Assembly: GCA_951406725.2 (NCBI GenBank)
Contig: OX597825.1
Coordinates: forward strand, 41,230,001 to 41,294,000
DNA length: 64,000 nt
Reading direction: 5' to 3'
DNA from: Octopus vulgaris
Taxonomy: Eukaryota
In this document: positions 1-14,122 of the stretch, one piece after another
Numbering within the stretch: the first letter of the stretch is position 1
Layout: every line of letters starts with the position of its first letter
Notes under the pieces: model-generated
The model's input: only the letters and a program-made list of their open reading frames with translations
Told to the model about the DNA's origin: nothing
Database searches by the model: none
Made by a program: the position numbers and the translations under genes

Positions 1-2082
1 TCAACTAATGATCAATAAAGCCATAACTGAAGACAGCCACAGAAAGAAGAAAGGCCTCAGTATGGCCTAGATCGACTACAGAAAGGCGTTTGATAGTATC
101 CCCCACACATGGATCCTCGAAACACTAGCCATCAACAAGGTAGCACCAACAATTATAAAATACATAGGACACTCTATGAATAAGTGGCAAACAGTGCTAC
201 AGCTCCAAACAAAAGAGGGACTTGTGAAAACCAAAGCCAGCCATCCCCATTAGAAGACGAATTTTCCAGGGAGATACGCACTCTCCACTCCTTTTCTGCT
301 TGGCACTGTCACCTCTATCTGATATGATAAATAGAACTGGATGTGGATATAAATGTTACGGCAAAATGATCAGCCACCTTTTATATATGGATGACCTAAA
401 ACTATACGCTACAAATGACAAGCATCTGGAAACACTACTAAAGACAGTTCATAGATTCACCAAAGAAATAGATATGAAATTTGGATTAGAAAAATGCACC
501 AAAGTAACTCTGGAAAGAGGAAAACTAGTTAAGAGTAGCAACATCACACTAGATAAAGCCAATGAAATAAGAGAATTAGACCAAAGCCAAACTTACAAAT
601 ATTTAGGAATCCATGAACTTAATAAGACACAACACATACAAATGAAAGAGAAAATAAAGAAAGAATACTATAGATGAGTTAGATCAATACTAAAAACAGA
701 GCTTAATGCTAAAAACAAGATAATAGGTATTAACACTTACAGCTACAATATCCTTAACTGGATGCTAAATGAACTAACCCAAATAGATAAGAAAACAAGA
801 AAAATAATAACAGGATCTAGGATGCGTCACCCAAAATCTGACATAGAAAGGCTATATATACAACGTATAGAAGGTGGTAGAGGCTTTATAAAGCTGGAAA
901 ACTACTATAAAATAACCACCATAGGACTGCAAAAATACCTACTTCAGAGGCAAGGAAAACTGATACAAATAGCAGCAAAACATGAGCAAAACAAAAATTG
1001 TTCTCAGTATTTAAGGAAGCTGACAAATATAAACAAGAAATCATACCACCTAACAAATATGAAGGAGAAGAAGAAGAAGAAGAAGAAGAAGAAGAAGAAG
1101 AAGAAGAAGAAGAAGAAGAAGAAGAAGAAGAAGAAGAAGAAGAAGAAAACACAATAAAAGCTATAAAGCAAATGAAATCAAAACTAAAACTAGGACAGCA
1201 ACGGACCATGATAAAACGATGGCAAGAAAGCCCCTTCATGGCAAGTACTGGCCTAAACTAAATGCAAAAGAAATAGACAAAGAAAAATCCCAGCAGTGTT
1301 TGAGAAGCTCAGGACACAAAGCAGAGACAGAGGGATTTTTAATTGCTGCACAAGAACAAAGCCTCCCCACCAGAAATTGCCAAAAACATGTAATGAAAAG
1401 AAATATAACAACTGCAGAATATGTGGAGATGGACAAAAAACAATAAATCATATTATCTCTGGCTGCCCAGTCCTGGCTAAGAAGGAATATATTCACAGAT
1501 ACGACAGAGTTGGGACCTACATACACTGGAAGCTATGCCAACATTATGGAATAACAACAAAAAAAAGTTGGCATAGGCACACACCAGAAAAGGTCACAGA
1601 AAACGAGAAAGCAACCATACTCTGGGATATGCCAATACACACAGATAGAGAAATTAAGGCCAACAGACCAGTTATAGTTGTCAGAGATCATGAATAAAAA
1701 AATGCTTTCTAATTGATGTATCAATACCAGCAGATGACAACGTTTCTCGAAAAGAAATGGAGAAACTTTCAAAATACAAAGACCTGAAAATAGTGGTAAC
1801 TAGAATGTGGAATCTAAAAACAGAAACAATTCCTATCATAGTAGGTGCAATAGACATGATAAAAAAATATTCAGACAAATACATAGCAAAAACACCAGGA
1901 CTTACAAACACATATAACATACAGAAAATTGCACTACTGGGCACTGCACACATCCTACGCAGAACACTTTCAATACAGTAACCATCAGAGCATCACAACA
2001 AATCACAGCACATACCCAAGGCACACAGAGCTGCGCTCGGTAGTGAAGTGAAAGCACGTTATAAAAATAAAACTACTGAATG

Positions 2083-2125
<43 letters not shown>
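1..2125 (+). mobile_element. R4/Dong-like non-LTR retrotransposon (RT + restriction-like endonuclease), frameshifted, runs off the left window edge
   Basis: RT motifs IDYRKAFDSIPH, IFQGD..SPLLFC and HLLYMDDLKLY. Zn-knuckle CRICG..TINHIISGC, HRYD (RHD-like) and ANRPV(D)IVV endonuclease motifs. C-terminus QKIALLGTAHILRRTL, then AATAAA and a (TAA)n tail at about 2083-2122. Confidence 0.9.
1067..1147 (+). repeat. (GAA)~27 microsatellite inside the LINE ORF
   Basis: Pure GAA run that produces the poly-E, poly-K and poly-S ORFs. Confidence 0.97.
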
Positions 2126-2169
2126 TACATAATTCAACACTTTTATGAAAGGAGATAAATTCTATCACA

Positions 2170-4075
2170 CATGTTGAATGAAACTACGTATGAGCTTCTG
2201 GGTAAAGAACATTCTTTGTTTTCTGGTTTGGAGCATAGACAAATAAGTCTTGCAAACTATCAACCCTGGAGCAACCAACATAAAGTTGACCATAAGAAAA
2301 GCAAGCCAGTAGATTTCAAAATTTGAATTTGATCTTTATTAATAGACTTTGCAAAGCAAAGTCACACTGGGAATTTTGTTGGTTTGATTGGAATTCTTGG
2401 AATGAAGACTTCTTCCCTAGAGGCACATCCAGTGATTGTGGTAGCTTCTATCACATTAGGTGATAATGTCTTCACAATCAACCTTGTCCCTTGCATAATT
2501 TAGGAGGATCTAAATTTGTTAGAGGTATTATTAGAACTCCTGCCTTCAGAAAAAGTTTATGTGGAAGAGTTCCAGGTGGCTCAACAGAATTAAGGAACTC
2601 AGTTGAGTAATGAACAGTTTGATTTTCATCAAGGACTGAATCAACTAATATGTATTCCTTAATGACTTGGAATCTTATTTGTTAATTCATAGTTAATCTT
2701 TGCTACTGTCTCACTTTTTGGGAGCAAGAATTGCCCTTTCACACAACCATTTATTTGAATTATAATTATTACTTAAGTCTGGAAATATCCTGTTCTTCAA
2801 TTCAGTTAGGGAATCCACCATGATAGCAATATGAGCCAAACTGATATCACTATTCTCATCAAATGGTACCTTCCCATTTCCTAATTGGAGGAGCCATTTT
2901 GAAAACTGTTCTTCACATTGGACCACATATAATAAAGCTTTCACATTAGAATTTAAGGAGAATTGCTGTACATAGGTGTGAAGACTTAATGCATGCTTTT
3001 ATTTCATCAGATCTTGTTCGTTTCAGAATGGCTGTTAATGTCTGTCTGAAGTCTCCTGATAAAACACATGTAACTCCTACCATAAATTTATTGTTACCTT
3101 TTATGTTATGTAAGGCCTTATCAAGAGCTTCCATTGCATCTCTATGTAATATGGTGCATTCATCCCAAATAATCAGGTGGCATTGGCACAACACTTCTGC
3201 TGAACCTGAATCTTTGCTTGTGTTTCAAATTGGACTGTCATTTGTGACTAGGTATAGTGGTAATTGAAAAGCAAAATGAGCTGTTCGTCCTCCTGGGAGA
3301 ATTGTGGCAGCAAAGCCAGACAATGCTACAGCAACTGCAATTCTTTTTGTTGCCTTATCTTGGAGAGGAGCAATGTCGTTACAAATGTTTTACCTGTGCC
3401 ACCAGATGCATCAAGACAGAAAATTCCTCTGCTTTTTTCTGGCGATTGTGAAATTCCCTGCACAAACACACACACACACACTCACACACACAGTATCAAA
3501 CGGATGTGTGTGTGAGAGAGAGAGAGAGTGAAAGAGTTTGTCGTCATTTATACATAATACATAAATAAATAAGCATACGTCGTTTTTGTATGTATGTGTG
3601 CATGTGTGTGTGAGAGAGAGGTGGGGTGGAGAGTGCAAACAATGAATGAAGTAAATATGAAAGGAAAAAACTCGTATAAATAAAAGCACATTAAAAACTA
3701 TCTTGTGTTGAATATTTAAATTTGCGAACTTAGTAAATATTTCTGTCAGTAATTTATTGTAGTTGCTTCCAAATAACGAATTAAATCTTGAAATGAAAGC
3801 ATTAAAATAGAGAGTGAGAGATTTCACGAATAAAAATGGAAAATTGTGCCATTGATACGTCAATACTGGAAGTTGACATTGAAAAAACGTCTAAAGAAGT
3901 GAATCATAAATATAAAACAATATTATTTATTTTTAAATAGAAAAATAAACTGATGACCTTATTATGTTTCTGAGGTCAAATTATTCAGGCATCCCAAGTA
4001 TAAAAGCAATTCACTCAGCTGTTTTCATGTGAAAAGCAAACAAACACACACAGGTGTATTTTATTATATGTATAT
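2170..4075 (-). mobile_element. Helitron remnant: PIF1-type helicase pseudogene plus probable 5' end
   Basis: Minus-strand motifs LDASGGTGKTF (Walker A, about 3385-3415), LIIWDECT, GDFRQTL, WLCERAILAPK, IPRIPI and FSYGQLYVGCSRV (about 2260-2300). The segment near 3975-4075 resembles Helitron termini. Confidence 0.85.
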
Positions 4076-4084
4076 ATATATTTG

Positions 4085-4312
4085 TGTGTGTCATTGTTTT
4101 CATGTTTGTCCCCCACAACTTAGCTTCACAACCAATGTTGGTGTGTTTACATCTCCATAGCATAGAGGTTTGGAAAAAAAGAGACTGATAGAATAAGTTC
4201 TAGGTTTACAAAGAATCAGTCCCTAGGCCGATTTTTTTGACTAAAAATCCCTTTAAGATGATGCTCTAGCATGGCAACAGTCACATGATTGACACTAGTA
4301 AAAGAATAAAAG
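4085..4312 (+). mobile_element. tRNA-derived SINE family A, 3' part
   Basis: Matches the body and tail of the full copy at 13745-14097 (gagactgatagaataagt...gcatggc.acagtca.atga...agtaaaagaataaaaga). Confidence 0.8.
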
Positions 4313-4429
4313 ACTACATACACACATATATATATATCATATATACATACACATATAGATATATATATATCATACACACACACACACACACACATACACA
4401 TATATATATATATATTTATATATACTTAT

Positions 4430-5353
4430 ATTCTTCTTTTTATTTCTTAAGATTAAGATAAACAATTGTTCTTTTTAAATCTAAAATATACTCTCCTTTA
4501 TTTTCTACAATGCTCCTCCATCTATCTGCTAGACTCTCAAGGACCCTCTTCCAAAATTCACATGTCCGTGATGAAAAATATTCCTCCAATACTCTTCTGA
4601 CCTCGTCTACAGATTTCATATTTATTCCATGCAAATGATTTCGGAGACTGCAGAATAAATGATAATTGGATGGGGCAATGTCCGGCGAATATGGTGGGTG
4701 GGGCATTCTTTCCATTCAAACTGCTCCAGCCTTTGGAATGTCATCCTCAATGTACGTGGCCAAGTATTATCCTGATGGAAGAACACCTTTCATCTTGAAA
4801 CCAAAGATGGCCGTTTTTCTTCTAGTGGTGACTTAAGCAGCTCAAGCTACTTACAGTAGATCTCTTTTGTTATCATTTGGTTTGAGTTTAACAGTTCAAA
4901 GTTGACTAAACCTTTCAAATCCCACCAAACAGATAACAATACCTTTCGTGGGTGAAGACCTTCTTTAGTCTGGGGTGCTGGTGTTTCTCCTTTCCCTAAA
5001 CACTGTCTTCAGCACTTGACATTTTTACAGGAAAGTCATGTCTCACCACCAGTCACTATTCGGTCCAAAAGGGGTTAATTCATGAGACGTAACAGCAAAG
5101 AAGAGCACTGTGCATGAAAGGAATCAGAAAGCAAAATATGCCAAAAATGCACCTTTGTCACTTCCATTATAGCTTTGAAACAAATAACTGTTAAAATCGA
5201 ACTGCACTCTTCAAAACTTGCACAAAGAATGAGGACAGGGTAAAATTACTACCTGCTTCTATAGCAAATTGTTGCAGGTAGTTTATCTTGTCTCCCACCG
5301 ACATTTAGTTCATGCAATTGAAAAGACCCCATTATTTATGGGATGACCCAATA
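4430..5353 (-). mobile_element. mariner transposon, degenerate
   Basis: HPPYSPDIAPSNYHLF (YSPDL motif) in ORF 4440-4715. A mariner-type end, cattatttatgggatgacccaa followed by TA, lies at 5330-5353. Confidence 0.88.
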
Positions 5354-5378
5354 TACATCTATATATACATACCATGAA

Positions 5379-5606
5379 GGTGGTGAGCTGGCAGAAACAT
5401 TAGCACGCCGGGCGAAATGCATAGCCATATTTCGTCTGCCGTCACGTTCTGAGTTCAAATTCCGTTGAGGTCGACTTTGCCTTTCATCCTTTCGGGGTCG
5501 ATAAATTAAGTACCAGTTACGCACTGGGGTCGATGTAATCGACTTAATCCATTTGTCTGTCCTTGTTTGTCCTCTCTGTGTTTAGCCCTTGAGGGTAGTA
5601 AAGAAA
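5379..5606 (+). mobile_element. tRNA-derived SINE family B
   Basis: Head ggtggtgagctggcagaaacattagc, B-box gagttcaaattcc, and body gtcgactttgcctttcatcctttcggggtcgataaattaagtaccagtt, which recurs several times in the window. Confidence 0.88.
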
Positions 5607-7071
5607 TATATATTAAGGTGCCAAACAATGAGATGGTACACAGAAGAATGTAATTGCAAAGCAAACTTCTTTCTCTTACAGACACACTGAATAAACAAAA
5701 AAAAAAATAATAATTTATAGGTGATGATAATGACAATGATGATGTTGATGATGACGATTACGATGAAGACAACAGGTGATGATAATGGTGATGCATATTG
5801 AGTGCTGTAAATATAAATTATTGAAAAAATTTGAAGTAGAACTGTATGGAAGAAATTTCTATTTCAAGATGTTGTTACTGCAGCGTGTGTGTATGAATGT
5901 GTATGTGCACATGTGAGAGTGTCTTTGACTGTGTATAATACACTTTTATATATGTGAGCATTTGTGTGTATGTGTGTGTGTGTGTGTGTGTGTGTACATA
6001 TACTCTGAATTACTCTATTTTTATTTTGAAACCTCTCAGCTCTTGGCAACTCACTTCCTTTGTGAAGCATCATAAGACCAAAATCCTTCAAAACTAAAGT
6101 AGAGTCATTAGATTTGAAATAAGCATAAAAGATTTTTCAACACAGCTAAAATAAGATAATTAAAATTTTTGGGAAAAACAATATGCTGCATAATTTACTG
6201 CTGTTATCAGAGAGGGTAGTGGTCCATGTATAATCCAAGTTGTATTTCATCAGAATGCAGCAGTCAGTTCAAATCACTGCTACAAATACACAAGTGCAGT
6301 TTGTAGAGGAATGGATTTTGTCTTGTTTTCTTTTTCCCCTCGTATAATATTTATGATAATGAACTCTACAACCATTTATTAATAAGGGAATTAATTTCCA
6401 TCTGTTTTCACATATCATTTATTTCCTTGTTACTGTTTCCATAGTGTTGCATGCTTCTACAGACTGACTTCTAGCGGTTTGCTTTACTTATTTATACTAT
6501 ATTGCAATTTATGAATGATAGTAACTAGTTACAATATTCTAAAGGATCAATCATTGGTTAACTGCAATTCTAAGTGCAACAGCAATAAGGGAATGTTGAT
6601 AATTCGATTCAGAACAATCAGGACAAAATATTTTGTTCATACCACACTTTTATATTTTGCTTGCTGATGTTTACATCCTTTGATTTTATCGATGTACATT
6701 GAGAACAGGTTCGGAAAAAGAAAGAGAGAAAGACACACACCCACAACCATTTTAGAGTTTTGTCAAACCATGTTACTAATAGTTTCTAAGAAAATTCAAA
6801 TTAGTTGAGAACTGAACATCAGACATCAGTTAGCTCATACTCCCTAAATAATTTCTATGGGACCCTAGACAAACTGATTTGTTCAGAAACACAGGTAGTA
6901 GGACTAATGATGAGTATTCATTCACTTTGAGTACATTTGATGATATTAGTAACTTAGACTGATAACATTTTATAATAATAAAATCATGTATTTATTATAT
7001 TATAAAATCTATATTTATTATATTCTGTTGCAAAATTTTACTTCAATACCTGATAGTAGTACAACATTAGC

Positions 7072-7204
7072 AATGGCATCCAGCCATAAAAACCATGCCA
7101 AAACACACTCAGAAGCATGGCACCGGGCTTTGCCTGACCAGTTCCTGTCAAACCATTCATGCCAGCATGGAAGGAAGGAAGACACTGAATAAGGATGATG
7201 ATGT
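7072..7204 (+). mobile_element. RTE-tail SINE/LINE 3' fragment (family C)
   Basis: ggcatccagccataaaaacc...catgccagcatgga...gatgatgatg, homologous to 29810, 35760 and 52085. Confidence 0.7.
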
Positions 7205-7407
7205 ATGCTCTCAATACTTACTGTGAAAGCTGCATGAATCTCTAAATTCATATATTTTCTACTACACTTATATATATATATATATATAATATATATATAT
7301 ATTTAAAATTTAAATATAGGATAAAATCTTTATAAGAATTTATCAAGTATTCAGCATGAAAACCTTATAATGGAAAAGTTTATAGGGATTTCATTTTAAA
7401 TAATATT

Positions 7408-7570
7408 TATTATATTAAGGGCATTACTACGCATAAATGCCTCACACTATGAGGGACTATTAAAGTTAAAACTATCAATATAAATATACATATTTATTTA
7501 TAGTAGTTTTGACTTTAAGAGTCCCTCGTAGCAGGAGAGCTTTATGTGTAGTAATTCCCTTAATATAATA
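7408..7570. repeat. Imperfect ~160-bp palindrome (fold-back element)
   Basis: Left arm tattatattaagggcattactacgcataaa..gagggactattaaagttaaaacta. The right arm reverse-complements to tattatattaagggaattactacacataaa..gagggactcttaaagtcaaaacta. Confidence 0.85.
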
Positions 7571-7574
7571 TGAT

Positions 7575-8012
<438 letters not shown>

Positions 8013-8038
8013 TACACACACACACACACACATGCATA

Positions 8039-8070
<32 letters not shown>

Positions 8071-9462
8071 GGGAAGAGGATTTGAAAATGCAGGGTTCTT
8101 TAAATGATGCTTATTGACTAGACATGTTTTGGTTTTTTAAAAAAAGATTTTCAAAGGTAAAATGTAAGGCTTTGTGTATCCCTTGTGGTGTTAAAAAATG
8201 GTTAACATGGATATATTAAAATACAGTGATAGAAATCTTTGACAATGATAAGAAGATGTTTACTTAAAAGTGTTCAAAATATGTAGTAAAATAAATTCAT
8301 AATTATTTATAAATTCACCAAAAGTCATGATTGTATATAAGCATATATACAGAAAGAATTTATAGACAGTATTTGATAGGAGAAAGCATGTATTGCTTGG
8401 TCAAAATTTCATCAGAAAACATATTTAAGTATTTATACAGAATTGTAGGGGAATGACCAACCTTTTTTCTTCATCTCCAGTCTTCATCTCTGTTCAACGG
8501 ACAGAGTCAACAACTATTGAAAAGGTTACAAGACACAACTAAAATTTTAGAAAAATAAGTAAATAAGTGGTAATTTTACCAGTGAGTGTGTTAAATTTTA
8601 AGGCACTAAAAACAATGACTCATGCCAGACACAACAGAATGTGCTTCAACACAGGAACTCACATAAAGAATCTTGTAAACCAAATCCCCAAATGATATAT
8701 ATAATTAATTATTAATTATATCAGGGTAATAAAGATTTTAGAAAGTTTTACTACAAGTGGCCTAGCATATTGAAAAATTAGTCAACAGACTATATTTTAT
8801 ATGAATTATATATATATATATATATATACACATATATATATATATATATACATGCATATGTGTGTGTGTGTATACATACTGTGTGCTATTCTGTTTTGTT
8901 TCGTTTTTTTTTTTTGTAGGATCAACAAAGGCAGTACTCCATCCAATGAGAAATGAGAGATGAATATTTAAGAAACACTCGATTTAAATGTTAGCTACTC
9001 TAAGTTTAGTGCACAAATCATGCAATAGTTGAACAAGCTTGTATAGCAAGCCCTGTACTATTATGCTATCTCTCAGGCTATTACATGAAATTTATAACTC
9101 CCATTTAAATCCTATTTTTATTACCCTTGCACCATTAGATTACTCAGTCAAATACAATGCCCGTTTATTCATATTGTTTTCAATTAAACATAATGCACTT
9201 AAGCAGAATTTCTATCAACCAAACTCTACCCACACATCATTGGTCAACCTATGGCTTATTGCAAAGTGCTTGCTTGGGGGAATCCAATCCAGACTCACAT
9301 TGATTCTTAACACACAGCCATGTTTGTCTGGTCAAAAATTTGTATCAATATAGATTCAATTAGCTTTAGAAATTCCTTCACACCTAATGTTAAAAGAAGT
9401 AAATCTGAAGTAACCAACATTAAAATTGAAGTATGTCATATGGCACATAAAGTAAATTATAC

Positions 9463-9878
9463 TCTTTTACTCTCTTTTACTTGTTTCAGTCATTTGACTG
9501 TGGCCATGCTGGAGCACCGCCTTTAGTCAAGCAAATCGACCCCAGAACTTATTCTTTGTGAGCCCAGTACTTATTCTATCGGTCTCTTTTGCTGAACTGC
9601 TAAGTGATGGGGACGTAAATACACCAGCATCGGTTGTCAAGCAATGCTAGGGGGACAAACACAGACACACAAACATATACACACACACTTATATATATAT
9701 ATATACATATATACGACAGGCTTCTTTCAGTTTCCGTCTACCAAATCCACTCACAATACATTGGTCGGCCCAGGGCTATAGCAGAAGACACTTGCCCAAG
9801 ATGCCACGCAGTGGGACTGAACCCGGAACCATGTGGTTGGTTAGCAAGCTACTTACCACACAGCCACTCCTGCGCCTA
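9463..9878 (-). mobile_element. SINE family A, full length
   Basis: Reverse complement of 13745-14097, with head aggcgcaggagtggctgtgtggtaag and an internal (CA)/(TA) microsatellite. Confidence 0.9.
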
Positions 9879-9958
9879 TGCATAAATTATGCATAAATTT
9901 GTTTGGAAATACCTAATTCTATCTGAAGTTACCACTTCAACTGCTAAAGGAGAGATTT

Positions 9959-10051
9959 CAACAAGTAATTGAGTTGAAGTAAAGTCAAAAACATATGTAA
10001 GACACAAACTTACATATATTTTTGACTTTACTTCAACTCAATTACTTGTTG
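9959..10051. repeat. Near-perfect hairpin: 43-bp arms, 7-nt loop
   Basis: caacaagtaattgagttgaagtaaagtcaaaaacatatgtaag, loop acacaaa, then the reverse complement with one mismatch. Confidence 0.95.
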
Positions 10052-13000
10052 TTCAAATTGACCAACAATTGAACATTGTGTTTAGATTGAAAGCAATCTT
10101 AAAATTTCTGTGCAAATTTAAAGATATTTTAGCTATAGGTTAGCCCTTGTAAGGCTACCTATGATGAAAAGCACTCAAGCCATGCCAATCAAATGGTTAT
10201 ATTATTCAATGTGACCTTTTCTAAGATGGAAAGATCTTATTTGGATGTGTGGGAGTGATTGTTTGTTATTCCTAGTAAGTTTTCTGGCTATATAGAGCCT
10301 CCTATGTTAGCTTTGTTGGGTATAAAGTTATTGATGTAGGATGTCAAAGAAACGTTGTATAGTGCTTGTTACACCAATGTGTCAATGAAATGTGGATTTC
10401 AATCCCTGTATATTCTCAGTTCTATCATATTCTGATATTTTGTATCAGATTTATCTGCTTTGTTATGAAATGTAAACAGTTATTCAACAATAAACAATAA
10501 GTTAACTAACAACAAAACGTAATTTAATTGAAGTTTGAAAACAGAACAAAAAAGAGAAACAGTAAAAGAATAATTAGCACATTTGAAATATAATTTAGTA
10601 ATTGTTTTTCTTGAAATTATACTTAATTATCTATCTTTAATTTTACTTTTCTTTTCTTTCTTTTGTACTTTTCTTGAAATTTTAAGCAAAAAACTATTGT
10701 CAGACAGATTTAATGAGCCAAACTTACAGTGATGCGGTAAGCCAAAACAACATTAACTTCTTACATAAAAAAGAAATAAAAACAAAAAGCTAAAAATCTC
10801 ATTTACAAAAGAGATAAATAGTTAAACACATATTTTTGTTTGTCAGGAAAATGTCTTCAAGAGATCATTGACACCACCTTGATACCAATTGTCATAGCAG
10901 TCTGTTTTCAACAAAACTGTTTCAAATGAATTACTTAAAATATCACTAAAAGTGATAAACCAGGAAACTATTCATGGCAACTTCAATAAACCAACCCAAG
11001 TTTCAGAATTTGTGCTAGAATCAATAAACTAACAACTACATTCTTCCTCTACATCTTCTCCCCACTCATCCACCCTCTTCCTCCACCACCACCAGTACCA
11101 CTAACAAGAACAACAACACTATCATTATCGTTGTCATCATTATCATCATCATCATCGCCATCAGCACTCCTCCTCCTCAAGAACTAGAAATGTCTGCTTG
11201 ACGAAGGCTGTGCTAGAGTCACACATCAACCAGTACAACAACAACAACACAGAAATAATTATATTATCTGATGATATTCACCAAGCAGAGAGATTCAAAC
11301 ACAGATGGTTCTTATTAATATTTACTCTGCAGATCATGAAGAAATGGAGTATGCCATAAAATGTGTAACTAACTAATTTTCTTAAACACATATAATTTCA
11401 ATATTTAATGCTAACAAGCTTTGAGAATGTATCTCAGGAACTATGCATATAATATGCATGAAACAATGAATAAGAACACTGATTTTTTTTTTATTTTCAT
11501 TTCCTCTCTTTCTCTCTCTCTCTCTCTCTCTTCCTCTCTCTTTTTGACTGTTGAATGTAAAATGATGCTGCGGCTTGTGTGAGGTGCAATTGCTGCATAA
11601 GCAGATGAAGTATACATTTCTGGTGCCAATACTATAATTTCTATTACTGAATCTCTTTTATTAAATAGAATTGTTTACATAAACAATTACTCATTGTAAT
11701 TTGGTTTTCCTGCAATTTGCCAGGGAATTCTTTAACAAAAGTGCTATATTTCAATATCTATCAAATGTAATTATAAATATTCGATGTTTTATTTTACTTT
11801 TATCGGAAATATTTACTGTGTTTTACAGAGAGAAACAACAAATAAACTGATAATATTCTGAAAAATGGTGAAGCAAATATACAATAATTTAATTTGTATA
11901 CTGACAAAACACAAATGACTAATAATGTTTCTCTAGTTTCAGATATATGAGAAAGCTGCCTGTGAGGGGAATTCTATGAAGAAATGTTTGCTTGTCATCA
12001 GTTACAGATAAACAAGTTATAATATGATTATTGTCTGCAATATTTTGATAAAATAGTACAGCAGAAAAGTCCTTCAAATTTTGTTTGGGTTATCTTTACA
12101 TTTTATTCCTCTATAACTGATTAAATACCAGTAACATACAACTCTATTCAAATAGACAGTTATACATCTTACTCAATAAAAAGCTGCAATATTTATCAAG
12201 TTGAAAAAAATACTCCTTAAATATGATTTTGTTTCCATCAGATATATTCTTAGCTGGTCCCAGTAGCAAATCAGGTTTTCTATGAACAGAAGTTTCTAGC
12301 TCAATTCTGCTCCATTTTTGGAAAGAGAAATTCTATGAATGGTCTTTCTCAATCCTTCACACAGTGCAATATAGCCAATTCTAAAATAGAAAGGGAAGAG
12401 AGTGGGAGAGAGAAAGAGTTGAGAGTGTATGTGTGTGTGTGAGAGAGAGGGAGAGAGAGAGAGGAGGGGGAGAAGAGTTGGCTTCAATTCTTGACTGGTT
12501 TTTTATTTATTGATGACAGAAGGATGAAATTTATAATAGATTTATTGGATTAGCAAAACTAATTTTGGACCAGCTTCCATTTAGGAAGGCCATTTCCTGA
12601 GTTCAAATCCTACCAGAGCTATTTTTGCATTCATGACCTCAGTTTTTTTAGGTCATAAATATTTACAGCAGACATTTCTGAGTTTGATGCAATGGATAAT
12701 ATGAACCAGTTACAAAAACATTTAGTTCATGCCTAGCCAAAAGTAATCAATATTTGCTGATGTTATTCACTTCTTATCATATAGTACTAATCTCTTCCAT
12801 GGTTAGTTGGCAAAAAAAAAAAATTATGGAAGAATTCAATGAATTTAGTTGCCATAATGTTTGAAAACTTTTAACAGTTTAATCTTTTGTGACTTGTTTG
12901 TGTTGGAAAGTGAGATCACATGCTGTTGTCACTTTATTCTTTCTTTCCTTCCTTGAAACCTCACCTACTGCTCAAACTGGTACAGTGCTGTTGTAACATT

Positions 13001-13535
13001 CAACATGCCTTAGGCAGATCCCATACATATCCATGTCTGATCATACCCAGTTTCTTCCAGAGAGAAAAATGAGAGAGAGCATGAGGAATTGGTTTTGGTA
13101 ACAGAGTAGCACTTTATTAATTTTGAGGGGATACCAGGTAAAATTGATTGTGTAGGATTTGGACTTAAGATAAAGACAGCCAGACACCAAGAGGCATACT
13201 TTCTGACACTCTAATGACTGCTAATTAGCCAACATTTTGTAATAAAAAAAAAAGAAAATAACACTACTTTCTTTCACTTTTTGACCATTCATGGGAAAGA
13301 ATGCAAAATGGTAGATTATTTGCTCTTTCAAGCTATTGAATCTGAAATCTAAATTGAGTTCTTCCATGAACCCTCCTAAGAAAATATCTGACTAACAAAA
13401 AACAGCATAAGTTTTCTTAGATCTTGGATTTTACATTAGTTTTTCATGTATGTAAATTTAAACCAATAAGGGAGTTTCTACAGGTGACATTTCTAATATT
13501 TCTGTGACCCTGTCACATTATTTTCTTATGCTTAG

Positions 13536-14122
13536 CCCTTTAACATTCAGATTAGTTAGGTTGTCAAATGTAATATTTATTTATTCCCATTGTTTTGATT
13601 TAATCATGCATTATCTTGTAGCTTTGAGATTTCTATTATGGGATTGTTTACTTTTAGTATGATATTGTAGGGTAAGTGTCAATGACTGTATTTGACCAAT
13701 TTGAACATAAACAAATAAAATATTTTAACCAGATATTTTAGCCAGGTGTAGGAGTGGCTGTGTGGTAAGTAGCTTGCTTACCAACCACATGGTTCCAGGT
13801 TCAGTCCCACTGCATGGCACCTTGGGCAAGTATTTTCTACTATAGCCTTAGGGAAACAAAGCCTTGTGACTGGATTTGGTAGACGGAAACTGAAAGAAGC
13901 CCATCGTATATAAGTATATATATATATGTATGTGTGTGTATATATGTCCCCATAACTTAGCGGTTTGGCAAAAGAGACTGATAGAATAAGTACTAGCCTT
14001 ACAAAGAATAAATCCTGGGATCGACTTGCTCAACTAAAGGCAGTGCTCCAGCATGGCCACAGTCAAATGACTGAAACAAGTAAAAAAGTAAAAGAGATAT
14101 GGTTGGTTTAAATGCTAAAGGG
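13536..14122. mobile_element. piggyBac-like MITE interrupted by a SINE
   Basis: Ends ccctttaacatt / aatgctaaaggg, flanked by TTAG and TTAA. Confidence 0.65.
13745..14097 (+). mobile_element. SINE family A, full length
   Basis: A-box-like ggagtggctgtgtggtaag, B-box-like ggttcagtcccac, and tail gactgaaacaagtaaaaaagtaaaaga. Confidence 0.9.

Noticed and set aside
762-1261. Poly-K, poly-S and poly-E ORFs
   Set aside because: They are products of the (GAA)n tract in a frameshifted LINE, not host proteins.
11040-11180. His/Pro/Ser-rich low-complexity stretch as coding sequence
   Set aside because: It consists of degenerate CAT/CAC/CCT triplet repeats with no ORF or splice support.
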